DNA from: Nanobdellota archaeon
GTDB taxonomy: Archaea > Nanobdellota > Nanobdellia > UBA10117 > ARS21
Length of the DNA: 64,000 nucleotides
Direction: 5' to 3'
Assembly: GCA_014239585.1 (NCBI GenBank)
Contig: JAAZYP010000001.1
Location: 111,421 to 175,420, forward strand
The notes beneath the pieces were generated by a model. It did no database searches and had not been told where the DNA came from. It saw nothing but the letters and a program-made list of their open reading frames with translations. The translations under genes were made by a program, and so were the position numbers. Of this stretch, positions 50,460 through 59,707 are shown one piece after another (position 1 is the first letter of the stretch; every line of letters begins with the position of its first letter).

Positions 50460-50536
50460 GCCCACGTGGTGTAGTTTGGTCTATCATACAAGCTTGTCAC
50501 GCTTGTGACCCGTGTTCAAATCACGGCGTGGGCGCC
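50460..50536 (+). tRNA. tRNA-Asp (anticodon GTC), genomically encoded CCA
   Basis: Acceptor GCCCACG/CGUGGGC, anticodon stem CAAGC/GCUUG with loop UUGUCAC, T-arm CCGUG-UUCAAAU-CACGG, then G-CCA. Confidence 0.9.
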
Positions 50537-50557
50537 ATATTCAGTTAGTTTTAATTT

Positions 50558-51121
50558 TTAATTAAACGATAATTTTTTTATTATATTCTCTAGTCTCAGA
50601 TATAAATTTTCAATATCTTTATTTTTATTTTTATGAATATGTTTAGTTAATTTTTCAAAAAATAAATTGTAGAACCATCTTTGATATTTTTTATTTCCCA
50701 TATATTTATTAAAAAATTCATCTCCGATTTCATTAGTTGCACGACCAATATCTTCCAAATTATCAATTTTGTCTGCCATTGAGATCACAATACTCTCGAT
50801 AGGTGAGTCTTTAGAAAATAATCTTTCAATATATTTTTCTTTTCTTTCTTTCCATGGAAGACTTTTATCTTCTGAAACAAAATCTACATATTTGGCAATA
50901 TCTTTGCCATAATTTTTTTCAATAAATTCTAATTCGTATTCAGTGTCTTCAACTAAATCATGTAAAAGGCCCGCAATTACAACTCGTTTATCAAAATTAT
51001 TTTCTGATAAAATATTTGCAACTCGAAATAGATGAGTGTAATACGGTGTATTTTTAGGGTATTTTCTCAATTGAGGATGGTGTGCTTTCTTAACAAATTT
51101 TTTAATTTCAATTATCTTCAT
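50558..51121 (-). CDS. HD-domain metal-dependent phosphohydrolase
   Basis: HLFRV...LLHDLVEDT (H...HD...D motif), 187 aa. Confidence 0.6.
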   Translation of the reverse strand: MKIIEIKKFVKKAHHPQLRKYPKNTPYYTHLFRVANILSENNFDKRVVIAGLLHDLVEDTEYELEFIEKNYGKDIAKYVDFVSEDKSLPWKERKEKYIERLFSKDSPIESIVISMADKIDNLEDIGRATNEIGDEFFNKYMGNKKYQRWFYNLFFEKLTKHIHKNKNKDIENLYLRLENIIKKLSFN

Positions 51122-51291
51122 TTTATTTTGTTCTTAAGAAGATAAAGTATTTAACAATATTTTCTTACTACTGAATTTTAAACACAACACTTATAAACCC
51201 CGTAATGAGGTACTGATTAGAGACAGAAGTAGAAGTTCAGAAAGTTACGATACAACCGCAACATAAGTTCATTTTATTTCAGTATTAACCA

Positions 51292-52521
51292 ATGGAAAAT
51301 AAAACATTCAAACAATTAGGAATAAACGATAATATAATCAAAGCTCTTTCCGAATGCGGAATTAAAGAGCCAACAGATATTCAATCGCAATCAATTCCGA
51401 TAATTAAATCGGGAAAAGATATAATTGGAAAATCAAAAACTGGTTCAGGAAAAACTGCAGCTTTTGGAATTCCACTATTAGATTCATTAAAACATTCTTC
51501 TCGTGTTCAAGCATTAATTCTTGCACCGACTCGAGAACTTGCACTTCAAATTTCAGGTGAACTTGAAAAATTTGGAAAACATACTGAATTACAATTTGCA
51601 ACAGTATTCGGTGGAGTGTCTATGCATCATCAAATTCGAAAAATTAGAACTGCAGATATTGTAATTGGTACACCCGGTAGAATTTTAGATCACTTAAATC
51701 AAAAAACTTTGAAATTATCTGGATTAACTCATTTTATCTTAGATGAAGCGGATCAAATGGTTGATATGGGATTCATTCGAGACATTGAACGAATTCTAAA
51801 ATATACTCCTAAAAAGAAGCAAATGATATTATTCGGTGCAACTTTATCTGGCGAAATTGGTTTAATTCGTGAAAAATATATGAATAGACCGATTGTTGCT
51901 GAATCTGAAGTTCATGTTACTGAAGATTATCTCGAGCAATATTACTATAATGTTCAAAAACATAAAAAATTCTCATTATTAGTTCATTTATTGAAAACTG
52001 AAAAAGCAAATCAAATAATTGTTTTCTGCTCAAATATTCGAACAGTCGAAGTTGTTTCTAAAAATTTAAAATCTCAAGGAATTAAAGCCGGAATGATTCA
52101 CGGTAAAATGAATCAAAATAAACGAATTCGATCGATAAAAGAATTCAATAATGGTAACCAATCTATTCTTGTAGCATCTCCGGTTGCGGCAAGAGGTCTT
52201 GACATCAAAGATGTATCTCATATTTTCAATTATGATCTTTCACAAGACCCGCAAGAATATGTTCATCGAGTTGGACGGACTGCAAGAGCAGGTGAATCAG
52301 GTAAAGCATTTACATTATTAAGTGCACGAGATCATCCTGCATTTGGACAAATCCTTCAAAATTATGATCTAAACATTCAAGAATTACAAATTGATAATTT
52401 TCCAATAGTTAAATTTGAAGTTGGTGAATCTAGACAAAGAGGAAATGGTAGATTCCGAGGTCACCGATCAAGATCACGGAGTGGTCCTAGACGAGGCAGA
52501 GTTAGATCAAGATCACGTTAA
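51292..52521 (+). CDS. DEAD-box ATP-dependent RNA helicase with C-terminal RG/RS-rich tail
   Basis: Q-motif, GSGKT (motif I), PTRELA, DEAD (FILDEADQM), SAT-like GAT, HRVGRTAR (motif VI); C-terminus RGNGRFRGHRSRSRSGPRRGRVRSRSR. Confidence 0.85.
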   Translation: MENKTFKQLGINDNIIKALSECGIKEPTDIQSQSIPIIKSGKDIIGKSKTGSGKTAAFGIPLLDSLKHSSRVQALILAPTRELALQISGELEKFGKHTELQFATVFGGVSMHHQIRKIRTADIVIGTPGRILDHLNQKTLKLSGLTHFILDEADQMVDMGFIRDIERILKYTPKKKQMILFGATLSGEIGLIREKYMNRPIVAESEVHVTEDYLEQYYYNVQKHKKFSLLVHLLKTEKANQIIVFCSNIRTVEVVSKNLKSQGIKAGMIHGKMNQNKRIRSIKEFNNGNQSILVASPVAARGLDIKDVSHIFNYDLSQDPQEYVHRVGRTARAGESGKAFTLLSARDHPAFGQILQNYDLNIQELQIDNFPIVKFEVGESRQRGNGRFRGHRSRSRSGPRRGRVRSRSR

Positions 52522-54596
52522 TATCCAAACAGTGGCCCTTGTTTTTTTCGTTGAATAAGTTCTTTTAATTTTAGATCAATATCATGTTCTACTTTATCAT
52601 ATGTTTTTTCATCAATTGAATTTAATGAAAAGCATTCTCTCAATGTTTCGATAACAATTGCTTGAACATTTTTAGTTATTTTTAATTCAGATATATCTTT
52701 TTGATATTTAGTTAAAAATTCATTAATAATTTCTTTTTTCAAATGTTCTTCTAAATTACGTGGTGCAAAATCTGAATCTTTAATTGATGAGATTAACTCC
52801 TTAGTTTTATTAAATTCTTTAAAATCATCTTTAGTAAGTGTAAATGCAAGTGAATGATCTGCAAAATCGATATCACCATAAGTTGTTGATACTTCAAAAA
52901 GATCTTGATAAACTGGATTTCTTGGAGGTAAACCGACGAGAATTATCTGTTTTTTAGAACGTCCCAATACAACATTTAATTTTTTACTATCATTAAACAA
53001 AAAGTCAGCATTGCTAGTGAAATCAAATATTATTGCATCTCTTTCTTGTCCTTGAAATTTATTTATTGTATTTATATTCAAATTATTTAATAAATAAAAT
53101 CCTAATTTTGTTTTATCTAATTCATCCTTATATTTTTTATCTAAAACATATTCGGGAAAACGTATAATAAATTCTCGAATTAATGCTACTTGTGCATTAA
53201 ATGGTGCAATAACTCCGATTTCTTTGGGAGAATATATTTTTAATAATCGCTTTAACATCGAAATTATCAAAATCAAATTTCCATAATTAAAATAAGAATT
53301 TCTAAACCCTTTTGTAGTTCTTACTGGTTCAAATATTCCTCTATTTTCGGAATCTAAATCTGAACCGTGTGGGACTATCCAAGTTATCTCATCAGCTTTT
53401 GCAATGTCTCCTAAGGACTTAGCTTTCTCCTTTTTGAATTCTTTCCCTGATTTGAAAAACATTTTTTCATCATAAAAATGTTCATTTATGAACTCAAATA
53501 CTTGTTTTGAATTTCTAAAATTATCTCTTAAATATAATGTGTTCTCTTTCCACTGTTTGGAAATTAATTCGAAAGGTGATTTTTGTAAAATATTTATTTT
53601 TTCATCAATCATTGATGATCTCAAAATTTCCAGAATTTGAAAATCAATAAACGATGATAATTGTTGTGTATCTCCGCAAATTACTACTCGTTTACTCTTA
53701 AGTAATGCAATTAATAACCGCGGTAATTCTACCGTTGATGCTTCATCGATAACTACTAAATCAAATTTTTCATTTTTTAAGTAAATTCCTGTTGAATCGA
53801 TAGTTGCACCAATAATTTTGGAGTTACTAATTAACTCATCATAATTAGAATTATTCTTTAATCTATTTCGTATTGAAAATTTCTTTACATTTTGTAAAGT
53901 AATGGATGTGTCTGAACCGATCCTAAGAACATCTTTTTCATCAGACAATTTGTTCAACACATTATCTATCGCCAAATTAGTGGCAGAGCAAACTAAAACT
54001 CGTTTATTTAGTTTAATTGCTTGTTTACAAATTTCAGCAATGCATTCAGTTTTACCGCTTCCTCCCGGACCTTCTACGGGAATTATTCCTTGTTCAGAAT
54101 TCAATAAATTTATTGTAGTTGAAATAACGGTATTCTGACTTTCAGTAAATATCTTTCCTGCGGGTTTTTCGGATTTAATTACCTTCCAATCATTTATCAA
54201 TTCATTATTGTACAAATTAGAAACTAATTTTGAATATTGTTCGGAATTCTCAATAGATTCTAAATTTGTTAACATATTTTCTACTAAAAATACTAAATCT
54301 GATGTTGAACTAACTAACACTTTAGACTTTTCTTTAATTCCTGAATCTGGCCTTATTCTAAAATAATATTTTCCCTTTTGATAATGTTCAACTATACCTT
54401 CAATCTCATCAATTAATACTCTCTCAGATGATTGAAATCGTATATTTCGATCATCCAATCTAACTGAAATAATCAAATAATTACCAAAATCTTGAATATC
54501 TGCTATCTCTCCTTGACTACTTCTTCCTGAATTTTTTGAAGAATAATGATCTCGTAAAATTTCTAAATATGATTTAAAGATTGGAAATACTTTCAT
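52518..54596 (-). CDS. superfamily-1B helicase, Upf1/Dna2/Sen1-like (AAA_11/AAA_12), with uncharacterised N-terminal domain
   Basis: GPGGSGKT (I), VVIDEAS (II), ICGDTQQL (III), TINKFQGQERD (V). The N-terminal roughly 160 aa match nothing recognisable. Confidence 0.75.
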   Translation of the reverse strand: MKVFPIFKSYLEILRDHYSSKNSGRSSQGEIADIQDFGNYLIISVRLDDRNIRFQSSERVLIDEIEGIVEHYQKGKYYFRIRPDSGIKEKSKVLVSSTSDLVFLVENMLTNLESIENSEQYSKLVSNLYNNELINDWKVIKSEKPAGKIFTESQNTVISTTINLLNSEQGIIPVEGPGGSGKTECIAEICKQAIKLNKRVLVCSATNLAIDNVLNKLSDEKDVLRIGSDTSITLQNVKKFSIRNRLKNNSNYDELISNSKIIGATIDSTGIYLKNEKFDLVVIDEASTVELPRLLIALLKSKRVVICGDTQQLSSFIDFQILEILRSSMIDEKINILQKSPFELISKQWKENTLYLRDNFRNSKQVFEFINEHFYDEKMFFKSGKEFKKEKAKSLGDIAKADEITWIVPHGSDLDSENRGIFEPVRTTKGFRNSYFNYGNLILIISMLKRLLKIYSPKEIGVIAPFNAQVALIREFIIRFPEYVLDKKYKDELDKTKLGFYLLNNLNINTINKFQGQERDAIIFDFTSNADFLFNDSKKLNVVLGRSKKQIILVGLPPRNPVYQDLFEVSTTYGDIDFADHSLAFTLTKDDFKEFNKTKELISSIKDSDFAPRNLEEHLKKEIINEFLTKYQKDISELKITKNVQAIVIETLRECFSLNSIDEKTYDKVEHDIDLKLKELIQRKKQGPLFGY

Positions 54597-54631
54597 AACT
54601 TCATTCTTATGAGGTTATTTATAATGATTTA

Positions 54632-54706
54632 CGGACTCGAAGGGATTTGAACCCTCGACCCCTTCCTTAGGAGGGAAGTGCTCTATCCAAACTGAGCTAC
54701 GAGTCC
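54632..54706 (-). tRNA. tRNA-Arg (anticodon CCT)
   Basis: Reverse complement: acceptor GGACUCG/CGAGUCC, D-arm AGCUCAGUUUGGAUAGAGC, anticodon stem CUUCC/GGAAG with loop CUCCUAA, T-arm GUCGAGGGUUCAAAUCCCUUC. Confidence 0.85.
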
Positions 54707-54744
54707 GTGTAAAGTTTAATATATTCCAATTATATACTTAACCT

Positions 54745-54876
54745 ATGGACGATTTACACAAAAAGAAATGTATTTTATGTGGCTGTAATAACCATTGGTT
54801 AATCGGTTGTGTTAAACATCTCAGTAAAAATTGCTCATGTCAACGTTTATCTTCTAAATCAGATAAAAATTTATAA
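54745..54876 (+). CDS. Cys-rich mini-protein, 43 aa (6 Cys)
   Basis: MDDLHKKKCILCGCNNHWLIGCVKHLSKNCSCQRLSSKSDKNL; not in the track (under 60 aa). Speculative. Confidence 0.3.
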   Translation: MDDLHKKKCILCGCNNHWLIGCVKHLSKNCSCQRLSSKSDKNL

Positions 54877-54904
54877 ATCAAGTTTTTTATGATAAAATTA
54901 GCAA

Positions 54905-54992
54905 CAGGAAAACTTCGGTTGGAACGTTTCTACGAGTTGTCTTCGGACAATTCATTCGTGAGACGAGAAGGGCACTCCGGTGCTCCCTCGAC
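54905..54992 (+). ncRNA. candidate structured small RNA (GC-rich island with three stable tetraloop hairpins)
   Basis: AAC-UUCG-GUU (54911-54920), UUGUC-UUCG-GACAA (54937-54950), GGGCAC-UCCG-GUGCUC (54970-54987) within 90 nt. Local GC is far above the genome background. Strand and extent are uncertain. Confidence 0.25.
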
Positions 54993-55042
54993 TTGCATTT
55001 TACCAAGTTTTTTAACATTAGCCTCCTTACTTGTTTTGCGAT

Positions 55043-55409
55043 GGTGAAAAACCGAAGATCAATTTACGCAAGAAAAATTATTAAAGAAATTTTATATGAA
55101 CGGCCTTATACCGCTCAACAACTAGTTAATAAAATAAAAAATCACTTCAAAAATAGTAAATCTTCTAGAGAAATTGCAATGATTTGTACCACTGATTCAG
55201 AAATTCAATTAATGTATCCTGACGGTAATGCTGCAAGATGGAGTCTAAGATCTACGATTTTAGATAAATGGGGCGATGATAAATATTTTTTAGAAAAAGA
55301 AGTGAGCTATCTGACTATGCGTGCTGTCGCAGATGATATTCATCCGTCTCGAAAAAGTGAATTCGAGTTTTTTAAATCTTTACGCGATATTATTAATGAG
55401 GAAGAATAA
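55043..55409 (+). CDS. hypothetical protein
   Basis: ORF MVKNRRSIYARKII... The track start 54993 probably over-extends into the structured upstream region. Confidence 0.4.
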
Positions 55410-55648
55410 TTCTACCAATTATTTTCTCTTTGTTGTTGCTGTGCTACTTCGTTCATTAATTCGTTTTCACCACGATAAAATAACGTGACAAGTTCTTGAA
55501 AGTTCTTTGAATCCTGCAAATGATTTGTCATACTTATCAATGGAGAAGGTTGATTATATATCTGTGTGACTCAACAAATCAGTACACTTTATTTTCCAAA
55601 AAAGTGATAAGATACTTTTATAAATTGCTTCAGAAATGAAACAGTGAA

Positions 55649-56020
55649 ATGGTTGAAGATTTAATAACTGAAGAAAGATACGCGAATCTCACTCGCAATA
55701 TGCGATGGAAACCAATAATCTCAAAATATCGTGAAGAAAATAATCTTGAATCCGATATTTTTATGGCTGAAGATGAATTTAGTCGATTAGACAATGTTTT
55801 CGAAGTTAGAGATTATACGCATAAATATCTTCGAAATTTAGCTATGCACGGAGTAATGAGTGCAACACTTTTTTTTAAGCATGAAATTGATCGAAAAATG
55901 TTTTTCCGTTCAAGAGATTCGTTAACTGAATTAAATATTTTAACTAATCAGCGAAATCCATCTTTAAGTAGTCTTGGCAAAGCATATGTATTGGAATGGG
56001 GTCGAAGACACTACGAATAA
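55649..56020 (+). CDS. hypothetical protein
   Basis: 123-aa ORF; its end overlaps the HNH gene end by 10 nt (convergent). Confidence 0.4.
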   Translation: MVEDLITEERYANLTRNMRWKPIISKYREENNLESDIFMAEDEFSRLDNVFEVRDYTHKYLRNLAMHGVMSATLFFKHEIDRKMFFRSRDSLTELNILTNQRNPSLSSLGKAYVLEWGRRHYE

Positions 56021-56418
56021 TCTGCTTCGAATTTTAATTCTTTTTTTAACCGATTCATTTCTTCTAAATTAAAACTTACGGGAAATTTTTTCTTTTGAAG
56101 CACGGCTTCTAAATTTTGATAATTTTCTCGGCTATAATTTATTCCGAATTTTTGGATATATTTCTTAAATATTACATCTCGTGTATCTTCTTTATCAAAA
56201 TCAATTTCCTTTTTGAAATCTTCAATAATTTTTGGAGATAATAACTCCAAATTTGAGGGTTTATTGTTTCTTTTGTTTCCATCACGATGCCGAATAATAC
56301 ACTTTGAATAAGGAATATTCAGCTCTGCCGAATATTGCTTTTTACCAATAATCCGATGTAATAATTCATGAGATTTTTTCAATCTAACAAATCCTTGTTT
56401 ATCGACGTAATTTTCCAT
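56011..56418 (-). CDS. HNH endonuclease
   Basis: IIRHRDGNKRNNKPSNLELL = canonical HNH core (H-x-D-x-N...N-L), 135 aa. Confidence 0.65.
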   Translation of the reverse strand: MENYVDKQGFVRLKKSHELLHRIIGKKQYSAELNIPYSKCIIRHRDGNKRNNKPSNLELLSPKIIEDFKKEIDFDKEDTRDVIFKKYIQKFGINYSRENYQNLEAVLQKKKFPVSFNLEEMNRLKKELKFEADYS

Positions 56419-56454
56419 AATAATATTTTTATATGATAGTTTAATAATTTATTT

Positions 56455-56712
56455 ATGTATCCGGAATATCTGTTTGAAGGTGCTACGCTCAATATGCTAA
56501 TCGTTTATCTGATAATTGGACTATCTATTCTATTATTCAAGGCTTTAGCGCTTTGGCATTCAGCAAGACACTCACAGAAATGGTGGTTTGCTGCAGTTTT
56601 AATCTTAAACACCTTAGGAATTTTACCTTTAGTATATCTATTTTTCTTTAGACCGGATAGAAAAAAGACGAATATCTTTGGACGAAAATTGAAAAGAAAA
56701 ATAAAGAAATAA
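56455..56712 (+). CDS. small two-TM membrane protein
   Basis: 85-aa ORF; its 3' end overlaps the convergent PAP2 ORF by 65 nt, so one of the two may be spurious. Confidence 0.3.
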   Translation: MYPEYLFEGATLNMLIVYLIIGLSILLFKALALWHSARHSQKWWFAAVLILNTLGILPLVYLFFFRPDRKKTNIFGRKLKRKIKK

Positions 56713-57025
56713 TTGCACCGAAAATAATATCTACCCATCTATGCCTTCTTAATTTAAATCTCGATATTGCAATTAGTCCTGACCACAAATAAATAACTAT
56801 ATCTCCGGACATCATTGCCATCAATAAGCTTAGCGCAGTATGATTGCTCGGGAAGGATTCATCATCAGATCCGTCTGGCCTTTTTGATTTGACCACATAT
56901 TTTATACATTCATTCATTACCGATAATATAACTCCTGCAAAAAATAATGGAAAAGCTGATGTACCAAGTTTTATGAATAAATAAGGAAAAATTAATATTA
57001 TTGAATCAGAAATTGGTCTCCACAT
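56648..57025 (-). CDS. minimal PAP2-family phosphatase (membrane)
   Basis: Three PAP2 motifs in order: KSKRPDG (KxxxxxxRP), PSNH (PSGH-like), SRFKLRRHRWVD (SRx5Hx3D); 125 aa. Confidence 0.55.
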   Translation of the reverse strand: MWRPISDSIILIFPYLFIKLGTSAFPLFFAGVILSVMNECIKYVVKSKRPDGSDDESFPSNHTALSLLMAMMSGDIVIYLWSGLIAISRFKLRRHRWVDIIFGAIISLFFFSIFVQRYSSFFYPV

Positions 57026-57098
57026 GCTTAGAGTATACTCTTTCTTTTTTTATGCTTAACGTTAACTTTAAAAGTCATATAATAATTCACATTCTATT

Positions 57099-57182
57099 GT
57101 AGGCGTTCCAGAGCGGTCAAATGGGATGGACTTAAGATCCATTGGCTTAGTGCCTTCGCAGGTTCGAATCCTGCCGCCTACA
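57099..57182 (+). tRNA. tRNA-Leu (anticodon TAA), long variable arm
   Basis: Acceptor GUAGGCG/CGCCUAC, anticodon stem AUGGA/UCCAU with loop CUUAAGA, variable arm about 14 nt, T-arm GCAGG-UUCGAAU-CCUGC. Confidence 0.85.
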
Positions 57183-57184
57183 TA
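57171..57184. repeat. attL-like copy of direct repeat CTGCCGCCTACATA (tRNA-Leu 3' end)
   Basis: Exact 14-mer repeated at 59708..59721; the match extends to 18/20 bp. Confidence 0.5.
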
Positions 57185-57283
57185 CCTTACTTAGTTTTAG
57201 TTTAGTAGTATATTAAATGACATATGGTTATAAATTCGGAGAGAAATAATCATATGAATTTATTGGGTCGTTTGGAAAGATAA

Positions 57284-57619
57284 ATGAAAGACCATTATAA
57301 CATGAATAAAAGGGAGCAATCCCTTATCGATTATTGGAATAGCCAAGCCAAGAAAGGCAATAAAAATGCAAAGGACGTATTAGATTTTAGAGACTATCTA
57401 AAGGAAAGGGAATCTCGTATTGTTGGACTATCTAGAAGAGTTTGTTTGATGTTGATAGTGTCAAGACCTATATCAACGAGAGACCATCAGGTTCAGCCAA
57501 GTCCGAACATATGCTGGGTGTTAATGGGAGGGAAGATGCTAAAAAATAATATTATTTCCTTCTTGCGAGGCTATTTGAGGTATTTGAGAGGTAAATTAAA
57601 TGAAATTAGAAGGAGATAA
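57284..57619 (+). CDS. hypothetical protein (contains a GC-rich patch)
   Basis: 111-aa ORF; the central GC-rich segment could alternatively be non-coding. Confidence 0.3.
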   Translation: MKDHYNMNKREQSLIDYWNSQAKKGNKNAKDVLDFRDYLKERESRIVGLSRRVCLMLIVSRPISTRDHQVQPSPNICWVLMGGKMLKNNIISFLRGYLRYLRGKLNEIRRR

Positions 57620-57752
57620 GTGTGCTATTAGTAAATCAGTTAGAATAATTTCTCCTGATGGACATCTAATTAATGAAACAGAGGTTTCAATCATCGGTGA
57701 TACCTTAGAAGAATGTTATCGAAAGTATTTGCTAGTGAAAAAGAATGACTAA
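57600..57752 (+). CDS. small hypothetical protein, 50 aa
   Basis: MKLEGDKCAISKSVRIISPDGHLINETEVSIIGDTLEECYRKYLLVKKND; not in the track. Confidence 0.25.
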   Translation: MKLEGDKCAISKSVRIISPDGHLINETEVSIIGDTLEECYRKYLLVKKND

Positions 57753-57808
57753 TTTATTAGATTAGGTTTATTTTTTTGACTTTACTCTTCTTCGTCGTTT
57801 AGGGCGTT

Positions 57809-57883
57809 TTATTTTCCACAATCGCAATTATCGCATTTACAATCCGAACATTTACAATCTTTATTATTACAAGTAGTTTCCAT
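57809..57883 (-). CDS. metallothionein-like Cys-rich mini-ORF, 24 aa (7 Cys)
   Basis: METTCNNKDCKCSDCKCDNCDCGK, read from the reverse complement. Confidence 0.3.
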   Translation of the reverse strand: METTCNNKDCKCSDCKCDNCDCGK

Positions 57884-58086
57884 ACTTAATTAATGGAGAA
57901 ATCCATTTATATGATCTTCTAAAAGTTCTGGACGAGTTTGCCAGAAACCTCTTCCTCTTGGACTACCTTTCCGACCACCAATCCGACCACCTTTACTTTT
58001 TCCCTTATTTTTTTGACTAATTTATTAAAATAAAATGGGAGGTCATTTCTGACCCCATAATTAATTCTGCTTTGCCCACAGAGCTA

Positions 58087-58106
58087 ATTCAAAACCTTGA
58101 TAAATA
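58087..58106 (+). promoter_or_regulatory. repeated promoter motif ATTCAAAACCTTGATAAATA (copy 1), 19 bp upstream of ATG 58126
   Basis: BRE/TATA-like GATAAATA; spacing implies a leaderless transcript. Confidence 0.45.
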
Positions 58107-58125
58107 TTAGAGTAGTAATTTTGTT

Positions 58126-58581
58126 ATGAGTAAGACAATGTATCATGGATCTCCAAAAAGATTAACTAAATTATCTTCAGGAAAAAGAGGACTATTTCTT
58201 TCCCCATTAAAAGGAATTGCTTCAATTTTTGCAATAGATGAAGTAAAGGAATTTTCAAAAAGCAAAACTTTCAGCTTTAATATGAATTATGATGAATGGA
58301 CGCTTCCTGATTCAAAATTAAAAAATTCCCTAAAAAATATTCATATTCGTCACAATGTCCCAAACACTAAAAAAATTTCAGGAACTTCAACAGGCTATAT
58401 TTATACTATTGACGCAACTAATCTGAAACTTGAAGACTTTAAAGATAATCCAAATTCAAAACGCGAATTAGTTTATTTTGGACCGAAGATTGATTATGTT
58501 TCTATCGAGAAGATAAAAATAAATTGGACTGCTGAGTATTCGAAAGATCAGGAAAATAAATATGGATGTGGTAGATTCTAG
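58126..58581 (+). CDS. hypothetical protein
   Basis: 151-aa ORF driven by motif copy 1. Confidence 0.45.
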   Translation: MSKTMYHGSPKRLTKLSSGKRGLFLSPLKGIASIFAIDEVKEFSKSKTFSFNMNYDEWTLPDSKLKNSLKNIHIRHNVPNTKKISGTSTGYIYTIDATNLKLEDFKDNPNSKRELVYFGPKIDYVSIEKIKINWTAEYSKDQENKYGCGRF

Positions 58582-58600
58582 TCTTAGGATACTAATCTAA

Positions 58601-58684
58601 TAATCACTTAAACATCTCTAATTCAAAACCTTCGATAAAAAAGTAATCACTTAAACATCGCTAATTCAAAACATTGATAAACAG
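58601..58684 (+). repeat. tandem duplication (about 43 bp x2) TAATCACTTAAACATC[T/G]CTAATTCAAAAC[C/A]TT[C]GATAAA containing promoter motif copies 2 and 3
   Basis: 58601-58643 and 58644-58684; copy 3 (58664..58683) sits 19 bp upstream of ATG 58703. A partial third copy TAATCACTTAAACATCTCT lies at 59087..59105. Confidence 0.5.
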
Positions 58685-58702
58685 TTAATTTTTAGATTTA
58701 TT

Positions 58703-59089
58703 ATGGGTTACAGAGGCGAATTATGGGTTAACGATACGCAAGTTAGTGCCGACTGGAAGGTTAACGTAGGAAGAAATTTTATGATATTGGATAAAATGAT
58801 AAAATTAGGAATACTCTCTAAAAAGGAATTTGATAAATTTGAACATACTCCTGAAGAACAATTTAACGCTTCGATTGAGCTTACAAAAAAGGACACAGCT
58901 AAATTGATAGACGATATTTTAGAACCTATTGTAAAAAAATTAAAAGAGCAGAGAACTGCTGAAGATTTAGATTTAAAAAAGTGGGAATATGAAACAACTG
59001 ACTTAGCTTATTTTACTCGTATAATTCGTCTACTCCGAACGGCAATGAAACGTAAAGGAAAAATCAATCTTTTTTTTTGTCACGGTTAA
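58703..59089 (+). CDS. hypothetical protein
   Basis: 128-aa ORF flanked on both sides by TAATCACTTAAACATC repeats. Confidence 0.45.
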   Translation: MGYRGELWVNDTQVSADWKVNVGRNFMILDKMIKLGILSKKEFDKFEHTPEEQFNASIELTKKDTAKLIDDILEPIVKKLKEQRTAEDLDLKKWEYETTDLAYFTRIIRLLRTAMKRKGKINLFFCHG

Positions 59090-59131
59090 TCACTTAAACA
59101 TCTCTCCAAAAAGGATAGTTTAATTAGAAAA

Positions 59132-59437
59132 TTATTTTAAAGTTATCGCCCAACCACTTTTAGCAGCATAGTTTCCTAACTCTCGACTTGGTCCATGAGA
59201 TCCTAAAAATGAAGATAAAGTCCAGTTATGTAGGTTTGTCATAATTTCCTTGTATCGTGCATTATTAATTTCAAACATCACTGGTGCACCCAGAGATTCT
59301 ACAATTACGTAATCTTTGTTTCCAAGGTCAATGATCCCACCATATGCAGAATTAAATCTAACTGGGTAAGACCAACCGCCTCTTCGTTTATTGGCATTGG
59401 CTTTCTCTTGAGTCCAAGTTTTAAATTCATTTGCCAT
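59132..59437 (-). CDS. hypothetical protein
   Basis: 101-aa ORF. Confidence 0.45.
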   Translation of the reverse strand: MANEFKTWTQEKANANKRRGGWSYPVRFNSAYGGIIDLGNKDYVIVESLGAPVMFEINNARYKEIMTNLHNWTLSSFLGSHGPSRELGNYAAKSGWAITLK

Positions 59438-59458
59438 TTTACTAAAAGTTCATTCATA

Positions 59459-59560
59459 CTATAAAATATTATCTCTCCATTTAGTTTTTTCAGTTAGATA
59501 TTTTCCTAAGACATAACCCATTATTGCTGACAAAATTATCAAAAAGATCGTAAACTCCAT
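59459..59560 (-). CDS. single-TM micro-protein, 33 aa
   Basis: MEFTIFLIILSAIMGYVLGKYLTEKTKWRDNIL, directly upstream of and co-oriented with 59132..59437. Confidence 0.25.
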   Translation of the reverse strand: MEFTIFLIILSAIMGYVLGKYLTEKTKWRDNIL

Positions 59561-59618
59561 GTTTTTAATATATGCTTGAACTTAAAATAAGTTATGTATT
59601 CGGAAACTTTGTAAGAAG

Positions 59619-59646
59619 ATAAACTATAAATATAGATATAGTTTAT
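59619..59646. promoter_or_regulatory. inverted repeat ATAAACTATA-(8)-TATAGTTTAT
   Basis: 10-bp perfect arms, about 60 bp upstream of the att-like repeat and of the minus-strand micro-ORF. Confidence 0.3.
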
Positions 59647-59707
59647 GATATAATACGACTGAATAAACACCTAATATACTTTGATACAAAAACTAAGTCA
59701 GGCAATT

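Noticed and set aside
54993-55042. N-terminal 17 codons of track ORF 54993..55409
   Set aside because: The track start lies 1-6 bp beyond the last predicted hairpin of the GC-rich candidate ncRNA (54905..54992). A downstream ATG (55043, MVKNRR...) gives a cleaner start.
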